Source: an uncultured Alphaproteobacteria bacterium (GTDB lineage: Bacteria > Pseudomonadota > Alphaproteobacteria > ATCC43930 > CGMCC-115725). From it: a stretch of 64,000 nt of DNA. Position numbers and translations under genes: made by a program. The notes below the pieces were generated by a model that saw nothing but the letters and a program-made list of their open reading frames with translations, was not told where the DNA came from and ran no database searches. Numbering within the stretch: the first letter of the stretch is position 1; every line of letters begins with the position of its first letter. The stretch spans positions 39,370 to 103,369 of the forward strand of contig CAWBCV010000022.1 of assembly GCA_963787425.1 (NCBI GenBank), in the 5' to 3' direction. Below, piece after piece: positions 38,023 through 45,871 of the stretch.

Positions 38023-38568
38023 TCACGAAGAGCGCCCGAGCAAGATAGCGACACACTGGGCTGCGGCTTGCTGCGCGCGCTTGTCGATCTCCTCGTCGGT
38101 CAGAGTGCTGAGCGGGTGTTCGATCACGACAGGGGTGAGATCGCGCATGCCGAGCGCGTCGCGCTGCACCTCCGCCTCGTGCAGGAATTCAGTGGTGACG
38201 ACAACTGCCGTGGGGCGGCCCGCGGCTTCCAATCTGATGCCGTCATGCGTACAGCACGACGTGCACGACCCTCAGTCGCCGATCGCGGTCACCACGATGT
38301 CGTTATCGGCCGCGATGGTCGCGATGAATGCCGGGTCGGCCTCCTTGGCGAAGCTCTCCTTGCGGTAGTAGTTCACGGAAGCAAAGGAGACTTCTTCCTG
38401 AAGTTTCGCCACGGTTTTGCGCAGCAAGCGGTTAGCGTTCCATTTGGTGTTGTCGAGGACACCCAACCGCAGCCCGTCGAGCGTGGCGGGGCGCTCAGAA
38501 AGCGCGAGCGGCTCGGTCTCGACGACGCCGCGTGGATCGAAAACGATCAGATCCGGTTCATTGTTCAT
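38023..38568 (-). CDS. candidate selenoprotein, UGSC-motif family (in-frame TGA at 38274..38272 read as Sec)
   Basis: ATG at 38568 lies behind GGAGA. 98 codons end in ...DNDIVVTAIGD, then TGA, then the same frame continues GSCTSCCTHDGIRLEAAGRPTAVVVTTEF...VVIEHPL to the stop at 38023. This gives U-G-S-C-T-S-C, matching UxxCxxC. The track splits this into ORFs 38272..38880 and 38023..38232, which are exactly in frame (42 nt apart). Confidence 0.7.
38242..38269 (-). promoter_or_regulatory. candidate SECIS-like stem-loop 2 nt downstream of the in-frame UGA
   Basis: In the mRNA, GUCGUGC (38269..38263) pairs with GCAUGAC (38248..38242): 7 bp including one G-U. The 14-nt interior can add 2 bp, leaving an 8-nt GU-containing loop. 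Folded by eye only. Confidence 0.35.
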
Positions 38569-38598
38569 TTCGGGTTCTCCAATAAGACCTCCTCGTCT

Positions 38599-38616
38599 TC
38601 CCGGCGAAGGCCGGGA
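38599..38616. repeat. REP-type hairpin (tcccggc-gaag-gccggga) between the 374-aa gene and the UGSC gene
   Basis: Read directly. No U-tract follows it on the mRNA strand. Confidence 0.6.
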
Positions 38617-38675
38617 CGCACGGCTGCTATGGCCGCCGGGCTTCGCCAGTGTGACGGATTGGGGAGGTCGCACGC

Positions 38676-39800
38676 TTAAAGATAGCACGTGCCGTCGACG
38701 CAGATCGGCGCCCTCGGCTCGGACGCGCTCTCGATGCTGCGCAATACGGGGGACGACATGTGGCCCCAGCCGGGGATGAAGGCGGAAAACCGCCCGGCTT
38801 CGCCGCCGATGACGAATAGGTGGATGTGGTCGGGGCCCGGCACGATCGGGATCCGTGCCTCCGGCTCGCGCTTGTACCATTTCGGCAGATTGCGGTTGTA
38901 GATCTTGCCGTAGCGCTCATTGAAGGTGAGGTCTGAAAAGAGATTGTAAGCGTGCAGCGCCAGATAATTGCGTACGTCGTGCCGGGTCCAGCCCTTGGCG
39001 GCGATTGTGCGGGCATGTTCCGGCCCGATCACGACGGCGCAATGCCCGCTCGACACCGCATTATTGTTGGCGATTGTGCTCATTGCCGAGCAGATGCTGT
39101 CGAGGATGCCTTCCGGGTCGTTCGCGACATGGTTGGTGACGCTGTGCGGCGGCTCCGCGGCCAGCACGAACACTGCGGAGTCTTCGGGACTGAAGCCCTT
39201 CTCGACATGATAGGGCGCCCAGGGGCTGGCCGTCTCGTTCTCGGCGACGCAATAAGTGTATTTGCCCGGGTGCCCGAGCGTGCTCTTGTCAAGGTCGCCG
39301 GGCCTGCCGCCACCGACATTGAGCAGCGCGAGGCGCAGAGCCCGCCCGATTGTCGCATTGGCGCGGTTTCCCGAGCCGAAAGCGTTGCAGTCGCCGTTCA
39401 TGCCGATTTTGCGGGCTATCGGCCCATTGACCACCAAGAGCGGCGCCGCCATGTGGGTCGTCGCTTGCACCCCGTTGAGGTTGAAGGCTTTCGCAGTCAG
39501 TGCCAGCATTGCGGCCCGCACCACCGGCGCGTATTCGGCTTTGCAGCCCGCCATCACCATGTTCATGGCCAGTAGCTCGCGCGTCAAACTGCCGTGCCGC
39601 GGCGGCACTTTGCATTCGATAAGTTGCGGATTCCCGCCGAGCGCCTCGACAAAGGCGTCGACCAGCTCTCGCGTCGGCGGCACGATCGGCAGGCCGTCGG
39701 TCCATCCCTGTTCAAAATACCATTCGACGAGATTCGTGCCTGCCGGCACCCGCAGCACGCACTTCTCAGTCTGCCCGGGCTTTATCGCGGGGCGCGCCAT
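38676..39800 (-). CDS. conserved-looking hypothetical protein (374 aa), function unknown
   Basis: Uninterrupted ORF with non-repetitive, globular-looking composition (GWTDGLPIVPPTRELVDAF...NLNGVQATTHMAAPLLVVNGP...GSGNRANATIGRALRL...ICVDGTCYL). I cannot assign a family by eye. Confidence 0.7.
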   Translation of the reverse strand: MARPAIKPGQTEKCVLRVPAGTNLVEWYFEQGWTDGLPIVPPTRELVDAFVEALGGNPQLIECKVPPRHGSLTRELLAMNMVMAGCKAEYAPVVRAAMLALTAKAFNLNGVQATTHMAAPLLVVNGPIARKIGMNGDCNAFGSGNRANATIGRALRLALLNVGGGRPGDLDKSTLGHPGKYTYCVAENETASPWAPYHVEKGFSPEDSAVFVLAAEPPHSVTNHVANDPEGILDSICSAMSTIANNNAVSSGHCAVVIGPEHARTIAAKGWTRHDVRNYLALHAYNLFSDLTFNERYGKIYNRNLPKWYKREPEARIPIVPGPDHIHLFVIGGEAGRFSAFIPGWGHMSSPVLRSIESASEPRAPICVDGTCYL

Positions 39801-39829
39801 GAGCTAGCTTTGAATTGTGCCGGCAGACT

Positions 39830-40240
39830 TCAATCTATCCGCGCCAATACCTGCTCCAGGGCCGCAAAGAACTGCTGCCACCCGCCCTTGGCGCCCTGGT
39901 AGGCCTGCTGCTGATCCGGCCGGAAGCCCGACTGCTCCATGCGCAGGTGGGTCCCCGTGCTCGTAGGGGTGAGAGTCCAAGTGACGACACTCTCGAGACC
40001 ATAGGCCGCCCACGTGTAAGACAGCGTTTTGTTCGGCTCGACTGCCAGGACCTGACAGTCGACAGCGCCCCAGTCTGCGCGAAGATCGAAACGGTGACCC
40101 ACGACTGGCTTGAAATCGTTCTTCATGAGCCACTCCTCGATCAGGTGCGGTTGTGTGAGCGCGCGCCAGATCTTCTCCGGCGGAAAAGGGATTTCTCGTT
40201 CGACAATGACGGAAAGCGTTTCGGTCGCGGGTTTGCTCAT
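39830..40240 (-). CDS. SRPBCC (AHSA1/START-like) domain protein
   Basis: LSVIVEREIPFPPEKIWRALTQPHLIEEWLM...HRFDL. ATGA-type overlap with the upstream ArsR gene; this is the usual ArsR-SRPBCC pair. Confidence 0.85.
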   Translation of the reverse strand: MSKPATETLSVIVEREIPFPPEKIWRALTQPHLIEEWLMKNDFKPVVGHRFDLRADWGAVDCQVLAVEPNKTLSYTWAAYGLESVVTWTLTPTSTGTHLRMEQSGFRPDQQQAYQGAKGGWQQFFAALEQVLARID

Positions 40241-40560
40241 TGGTCCATCCTTTTGAGTAGATCTTCGAGGTGATCAAACCGGCTCTGCCAGAACCCGACC
40301 ATGTGGCTTGTCCAGTCGATCAGCAGGGCCAAGGCGCCGAGCTGTGCGCTATAGTGCGTCTGGCGACCTTCGTGGCGGTCGCGCACCAGCCCGGCCTGCT
40401 TCAGGACCCCGAGATGCTTTGAGACGGCCGGTTGCGAGACCCCGGCCCGAGCCGTCAGGGCCCCGACCGTCTGCTCTCCTTCGCGGCACAATCGCTCGAA
40501 GATAGCCCGCCGAGTCGGATCGGCGAGCGTTCTGAAGAGCACATCGTGAGCGGTCGGCAT
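40237..40560 (-). CDS. ArsR/SmtB family transcriptional regulator
   Basis: VLFRTLADPTRRAIFERLCREGEQTVGALTARAGVSQPAVSKHLGVLKQAGLV. ATG at 40560. Confidence 0.85.
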   Translation of the reverse strand: MPTAHDVLFRTLADPTRRAIFERLCREGEQTVGALTARAGVSQPAVSKHLGVLKQAGLVRDRHEGRQTHYSAQLGALALLIDWTSHMVGFWQSRFDHLEDLLKRMDQ

Positions 40561-40866
40561 TTGGGATCCATAACCTACTGGATTGACGTATAACCACTGA
40601 GATATGTTTGAGTCAAGCTGAAACGAAACCAGAGAGCTTTCGAGATTTCCTCCTTCGAACAACGTCCGGGAGTCCGCTAGATTGCACAGCCGGCTCGCCG
40701 TTCCGTAAGCGGCACCACTCCTGAATAGGTATCCTTGATTGCCATACCCGTTGGTTATGCATCATGCATTATCTTATCGATCATACGTGGTCGTGGCGGC
40801 GTGGTGACGCGCTTCATATTGCCGCTATCCGCAGATGCCTACGCTATGCAACTTTGTAAACAGGGC

Positions 40867-41836
40867 CTAGTCTCCGCCGATCGTCATCGAACTCCGGCCA
40901 ATCCAGAAACGGTTCAGAACCCGTGTCAAGGGTGCCGGACGGTTCCGCCCGGCAAGTCGCGCGAGCGCCTCGTGATAGGGCGCGACATAACGCAATCGGG
41001 CCGGCACCCAGGGATGGACGTGGCGGAACACGGTAAGCACCCGCTCGACCGAGCGCAGCTCCGCGGGACCATACGGCAACTCGAACGCATCCCGCAGCCG
41101 AGGCGGCAACAGGCTGGCGGTCAAAGCTCGATACCAAAACGGCGCGCGTAGGCGAGTTCCGGCACCGGAGAAGAGCTCGGCGGCGATGCTGCCGGCGGCG
41201 CTGCTCACCGCGAGCATGTCCGATCTGAACATGTCGTCGACGTACCGGGCAAAGTCCGGCCAGCTCTGCGGCAGCGCGCTCTGTGGAATGCCAAACAGCG
41301 CCGCGAACAGTCGGGCATCGGTGTAATAGCGCTCCCGATCCCGGGCCGACAGCGGCGGGTTGACGAGCTGGTAGGCCAGGAGGGCGGTCTCGACCAGCGT
41401 GGCGTGAACCCAGCGCAGCGCCGCGACATCATTGGCGCAATAAGGCGAGCCGACGGCAAAAGCGCCTGCATCCTCCCCCAGTGCGCCACTGATCGCGGTA
41501 TGGCGGCGATGCAGGCGGCGGGCGGCCGCGAGTGCCTGGCCCGTCGTGCCGAACACCATCGTAAAGACGATGCTGAAGGTCCGGTGAAACCGGCCAATCG
41601 GGTCGGTGAGAACTCCGGGAATGCTGGGCGATCGCGTCGGCGACCCAGGGATGGGCGAGCTGGAGCAGCAATGCGCGACCCGCTCCAAGGAAAACCGCCG
41701 CCTCGCGGTCGATGCGCCAAATGACCGAATTCGGGCCAAAGATGCCCGCCGGTCCGCCTGCCGAGGCAGACCGGACCATCGCTAGCTCGCGCTCGAGCTC
41801 GGCCTCGTTGACGATGGCGGACGATCCCGGCGTCAT
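40867..41836 (-). pseudogene. MpaB/DUF2236-family oxygenase gene with one frameshift
   Basis: The N-terminal part starts at ATG 41836 (IFGPNSVIWRIDREAAVFLGAGRALLLQLAHPWVADAIAQHS, frame of ORF 41429..42013). It continues as VLTDPIGRFHRTFSIVFTMVFG...RRLHRRH... in the frame of ORF 40867..41739. The switch is near 41610..41625. Confidence 0.7.
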
Positions 41837-41855
41837 TCGGCGAGAAGAGGCGGTA

Positions 41856-42257
41856 TCAGCCTCTCCTGAAATCCTCGAGCGAGAGCCCAAGGGCAGAGGC
41901 CCCCTCTTCGAGGTAGTCGGGGAGGAGCGGCGTGCCGACCAGATAACTGGTGACATTCGCAATGTTTGTTTCCGCGGCTTCGCGCAACGCCTCCGGCCAG
42001 CTGCCCGCGTCATAGTCGCCGCGGCCGAGCCACATCAGCGCGAGCAACTCCTGACGCTCGGGCGGGCCGAGCCCGTCGATGGCGTCGCGCAGCTCCTCCT
42101 CGGTCGGATTGTCCGGCGTGTCGAGCAGGACCTGCCGCTCATCATCGTCGGGCGGGTCCGAGCCGGTCACCGCATCCGGCTCGACCGGCACCTCGGCATC
42201 GAACTCGCGCGCCTTGGCGATGATAAAGGCAAGTGTTTCGGGCGGAATGACCAGCAT
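41856..42257 (-). CDS. DUF3775 domain protein
   Basis: ETLAFIIAKAREFDAEV...ELRDAIDGLGPPERQELLALMWLGRGDY. Confidence 0.7.
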   Translation of the reverse strand: MLVIPPETLAFIIAKAREFDAEVPVEPDAVTGSDPPDDDERQVLLDTPDNPTEEELRDAIDGLGPPERQELLALMWLGRGDYDAGSWPEALREAAETNIANVTSYLVGTPLLPDYLEEGASALGLSLEDFRRG

Positions 42258-43000
42258 TAGGGTTTCTCTTTGATGCTTCGAAGTTGAACACTAAACGCCG
42301 GCTCGGGCCAGCGCCACTGCTTGACCTCCGGCATATCGTCACCATAGCGGGTGATGTACTGCTTGTGCTCGATCAGCTTGTCGCGCATCTCTTGCTTGGC
42401 GTAAGCGGCGAGGTAACCGAGCGTCGGCACGCGGTCGATCACATTGTTGACGAGATGGAAGCGGTCGAGATCGTTACGCACGACCATGTCGAAGGGCGTG
42501 GTCATCGTCCCTTCCTCCTTGTAGCCGAGAACATGAATGTTGCGATGGTTGGTACGCCGGTATGTCAATCGGTGGATGAGCCAGGGATAGCCGTGATGGG
42601 CAAAGATCACCGGTTTGTCGGTCGTGAACAACGCGTCGAAATCGTGGTCGGTAATACGCTCCTCGTATGGCTGCAGGGTCATCAGATCGACGACATTGAC
42701 GACTCGGATCTTGAGGTTGGGGATGTGGCGGCGCAGCAGATCGACCGCCGCCGAGGTCTCCATAGTCGGAACATCGCCGGTGCAAGCCATCACGACATCG
42801 GGCTCACCGCCGCGGTCGTTGCTCGCCCATTCCCAAATGCCGATCCCGGCATCGCAGTACTTGATCGCGGCGTCGATGTCGAGCCATTGCGGCGCAGGCT
42901 GCGTGCCGGCGACGATCACATTGATGCGGTCCCAGCTGCGCAGGCAATGATCGGTGACCCACAGCTGCCGGACATCCCCAGCCTCCCCCTGCGCTCGCAA
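42257..43000 (-). pseudogene. phosphoketolase (Xfp) C-terminal remnant, about 240 of about 790 aa
   Basis: [48 protein letters not shown]...[45 protein letters not shown]. Only the C-terminal third of the family is present, and similarity starts about 10 codons after the ORF Met. Confidence 0.85.
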
Positions 43001-43048
43001 ACAGCCTAAACCGAAGGTTGATAGAAAACCAAGGTATTTATTTGAATT

Positions 43049-43093
43049 GAAGCTAGTGTCGCGCTAATTATCGAAGCTAGTGTCGGGCTAATT
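43049..43093. repeat. tandem 24-bp-period repeat (gaagctagtgtcgNgctaatt x2) at the truncation junction
   Basis: 43049..43069 and 43073..43093 differ at one base. An AT-rich stretch (aaggtatttatttgaatt) lies just to the left. Confidence 0.9.
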
Positions 43094-43180
43094 TAGGCGG
43101 CGGGCCCCTTCCGCGTCACATTCGTGCAGCGTCGCGCAGCGCTACCGTAGAACTTGTGCCTCGCAACTCGGAGGAGCGTG

Positions 43181-43561
43181 ATGAAGCTGTCGGGCATCTT
43201 GAGCGGGGCGGTGGTTCTACTCCCGTTAGGCCTGGTCGCGCAGGCGCAAGGTGTAGGTGACGCGCAACGCGGGGCGCAGGTGTTTGCCCAATGCAAGATT
43301 TGCCACAGCCTCGAGGCCGGCAAGAACATGCTCGGGCCCAGCCTGCAAGGGCTCATCGGGCGCAAGGCCGGCAGCGTGCCCGGCTACGCTTATTCGCCGG
43401 CGATGAAGAACGCCGACGTCATCTGGAACGACGACACGCTCGGCAAATACTTGTCCGATCCCAAGGCGTTCGTGCCGGGCGACAAGATGGCGTTCGTCGG
43501 CATCAAAGATCCGACCAGGCTCGGGGACCTGCTTGCCTATCTAAATCAAGCCACCAGGTAG
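43181..43561 (+). CDS. class I c-type cytochrome (c2/c550-like), periplasmic
   Basis: Signal peptide, CKICH haem motif, and GDKMAF (Met ligand region). GGAGGA lies upstream of the ATG at 43181. Confidence 0.9.
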   Translation: MKLSGILSGAVVLLPLGLVAQAQGVGDAQRGAQVFAQCKICHSLEAGKNMLGPSLQGLIGRKAGSVPGYAYSPAMKNADVIWNDDTLGKYLSDPKAFVPGDKMAFVGIKDPTRLGDLLAYLNQATR

Positions 43562-43591
43562 GACCAGCCGGGTAAGTTCAGAACGCAACGG

Positions 43592-43611
43592 AAGCCGCAC
43601 CGCAGCGGCTT
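43592..43611. terminator. candidate bidirectional hairpin between convergent genes
   Basis: aagccgc-accgca-gcggctt (7-bp stem). No clear T-tract. Confidence 0.3.
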
Positions 43612-43617
43612 AGGCGC

Positions 43618-44057
43618 TCATTTGACCAGAGTCATGGGCATGCGAGCGAGCTGAACGACCTTGGCGGCAACCGAGCCGAGGAACAGTCCGCGTAATGCGC
43701 CCGGCCCGCGCGTCCCCATCACGATCTGATCGGCTTTGGGTTGGCGTACAACCCAGACGATCGTTTTGCGACTTGACTCAACTCGGCTCGCGTCTCGAAT
43801 TTGACAGCAGTCTCGCGACATAGAACGATCGGCGGTCGCAGAGCCTTTTTCGATTGACGCGCAGCAGCCTCTCGAGCCGCATCGGCGGTGATGACGGCAA
43901 CGATGCCTGAAACCTCGAGCGTCTCCCGGCTTTGCACGTTCACTAAATAATCTCGGTCTCCGGTCGGTGACCGGCGAGCGACAATGCATAGGCGACGGCG
44001 TAGTTCGCTCGCCGTCGAGCCATCGACCGGGACAATGATTCCCACGGCGAGAGCCAC
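43618..44057 (-). pseudogene. universal stress protein (UspA family) gene with one frameshift
   Basis: The N-terminal part is MALAVGIIVPVDGSTAS...VKFETRAE (ORF 43719..44057). The C-terminal part is KTIVWVVRQPKADQIVMGTRGPGALRGLFLGSVAAKVVQLARMPMTLV (ORF 43618..43989). The switch is near 43760..43790. Confidence 0.65.
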
Positions 44058-44094
44058 TCCGGTATTCGTTAGCCCTCCAACCGTACCTCTTTGG

Positions 44095-44958
44095 TCAATG
44101 CATCATCAGCACGGGCACCGCGGCGCCGCGCAGCACGCGCTCGGTAAAGCCGCCGAAAATCCATTCGCGGAACCGGCTGTGGCCGTAGGCGCCCATAACG
44201 ACGAGGGCACCTTCTTCGGCAGCGGTCGCGAGGAGGGTGTCGGCAGCGCCCAGCCGATCCGGCCGCAGGTGACGGGTCGACGCGGCGAGACCATGCCAAG
44301 TGAGACTGGTCATCAGCCGAGCACTCTCCTCGTCCGAGAGTCCCTCTTCCTCGGCCACGGTCACGATCAGGATCTGCTTCGCCTTCGACAGAAGAGGCAT
44401 CCCAGCGGTTACCGCCCGGGCGGCTTCCGGCGCCGCCTTCCAGGCGATGACGATGGTTTCGGGAAGTGCGACGAGCGGGGCGGCGGGCACGATCAGCACC
44501 GGCCTCCCGGCGCCGACGAGCGCCGCCTCAATCGTATCGATCGAGACGCCCTGATCGTCGGCCGGGCGTCCAATCACCAGAAGATCTGCCGCTCGGCCAT
44601 ATTCCCGAACCCAATAGACCTCGTCGCCGATCTGCCGGAGCCATTGTGCCGTGGGGCTCTGCTGGCCGGCCGGAGTATCCTCGATCGCCACCCGCTCACG
44701 CTCACAGAAGCGTTGGAACAGCCGCCTGGCCGTGTCCTCGCGCCGGGTGGCTTCCTCGTCTATCCGCTCGACTAGGCCGGTGACCATCGCTGCACCGCTT
44801 CCGTCGGTCGCCATCGCCGCGACCATGGCGGCGGCGTCGACGCGGACATGAAGTGCGGCGAGGTGCGCGTCGAATGCGCGGGCCACAACCAGGGCTGATG
44901 TGAAAACGGTGTCGTCGGTCTGGTTTCCGGTCGCCGGTACGAGAATTGTCTTGATCAT
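44095..44958 (-). CDS. tandem-domain universal stress protein
   Basis: MIKTILVPATGN... and the C-terminus VVMGAYGHSRFREWIFGGFTERVLRGAAVPVLMMH. Confidence 0.85.
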   Translation of the reverse strand: MIKTILVPATGNQTDDTVFTSALVVARAFDAHLAALHVRVDAAAMVAAMATDGSGAAMVTGLVERIDEEATRREDTARRLFQRFCERERVAIEDTPAGQQSPTAQWLRQIGDEVYWVREYGRAADLLVIGRPADDQGVSIDTIEAALVGAGRPVLIVPAAPLVALPETIVIAWKAAPEAARAVTAGMPLLSKAKQILIVTVAEEEGLSDEESARLMTSLTWHGLAASTRHLRPDRLGAADTLLATAAEEGALVVMGAYGHSRFREWIFGGFTERVLRGAAVPVLMMH

Positions 44959-45029
44959 CGGGTCTCCACTAGCCGGTGGTGACGAGAACTCTAATGAATC
45001 GCCGCTGATCGAGTTTGATCTAGGTCATT

Positions 45030-45866
45030 TTACGGCACGAGGCGGCGTGCGACCGCCACCGCAACCGGCAATGCCGCGCGCTGTGTGCGCGGACCCAGCG
45101 CCAGCGGCTTCAGCAGCATGCGTACGCTCATCTCGTGCGGAAAGTGATCGCGAACGAGATCACGGCATTTACGGCGCAGGTCGCGGTTTACCGCGGCATC
45201 GAAGGCGGCCTCGGGATAACGCGCACGATAAACATTTTTCAGAACAATAAAGCTGTCGTTCCCGCCGGTCATCCGCAACCGCCGCCACAGCGCGGGAATG
45301 ATCGCGGCGCGGCTCGGGCATTCGGCCTCGCGGTATCGTCGGAAAAAACGATAGAAATGTTTGTAGTGCCGAACCTCGTCTTCGACGATGCGGCGCGCCA
45401 GCAGCGACAGCACCGGCTCGGGGCTGGCGCGCGACAGGGTCGTGTAATAGCTGGCCGTACCCATTTCGACGACACAACGCGAGGCCATTTCGAGGCTGCG
45501 CGTGGTCTCGAGCGACGTGTCGCAGAAGGGCCTGAATTCCTCGACGAACCGCAGGTAGGCGGGTTCCCACTCGAATTCCGGCCACGCAGTTTCGACATAA
45601 CGGCGCAATGCCCGGCCGTGTTGCAATTCTTCCGGCAGCCAGTAATGCTCCAGCCATGACGTGACTTCGTCGTCGCCGGCAAGAAACTCGATCAGATTTT
45701 CGGTGTATAGGTCCGTAGCGCTTTCCATCAGCGACGCCGAGGCGACCAGATAAAAGAACGCGTCGCTGTTCGCCACCCTATCATGGTGGATTGCCTGCCA
45801 TGGAATATCGTCGAGCGACCAGCGCTGCCGGGCAAAAGAGCGGTGAGGTGCAATGCGTTCTGCCAT
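45030..45866 (-). CDS. ferritin-like di-iron carboxylate protein (oxygenase/desaturase-like)
   Basis: Two E...ExxH pairs (MESATDLY...EELQHGR; EMGTASYY...EDEVRHYK). Start is ATG 45866, or TTG 45875 overlapping the upstream stop. Confidence 0.65.
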   Translation of the reverse strand: MAERIAPHRSFARQRWSLDDIPWQAIHHDRVANSDAFFYLVASASLMESATDLYTENLIEFLAGDDEVTSWLEHYWLPEELQHGRALRRYVETAWPEFEWEPAYLRFVEEFRPFCDTSLETTRSLEMASRCVVEMGTASYYTTLSRASPEPVLSLLARRIVEDEVRHYKHFYRFFRRYREAECPSRAAIIPALWRRLRMTGGNDSFIVLKNVYRARYPEAAFDAAVNRDLRRKCRDLVRDHFPHEMSVRMLLKPLALGPRTQRAALPVAVAVARRLVP

Positions 45867-45871
45867 GGCGG

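Noticed and set aside
38272-38274. The TGA at 38272..38274 as an ordinary stop or nonsense mutation, giving two separate genes or a pseudogene
   Set aside because: The downstream sequence stays open in the same frame for 82 more codons with protein-like composition. The stop falls exactly at the first position of a UxxCxxC redox motif, and a hairpin follows 2 nt later. A nonsense mutation of a Cys (TGC/TGT to TGA) cannot be excluded without the Sec machinery or homologue data, so the call is kept at moderate confidence.
38569-38880. N-terminal 104 codons of track ORF 38272..38880 (upstream of MNNEPDL)
   Set aside because: The stretch is Arg/Pro/Gly-rich, overlaps the 3' end of the 374-aa gene and the REP hairpin, and has no ribosome-binding site. 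The ATG at 38568 behind GGAGA is the credible start.
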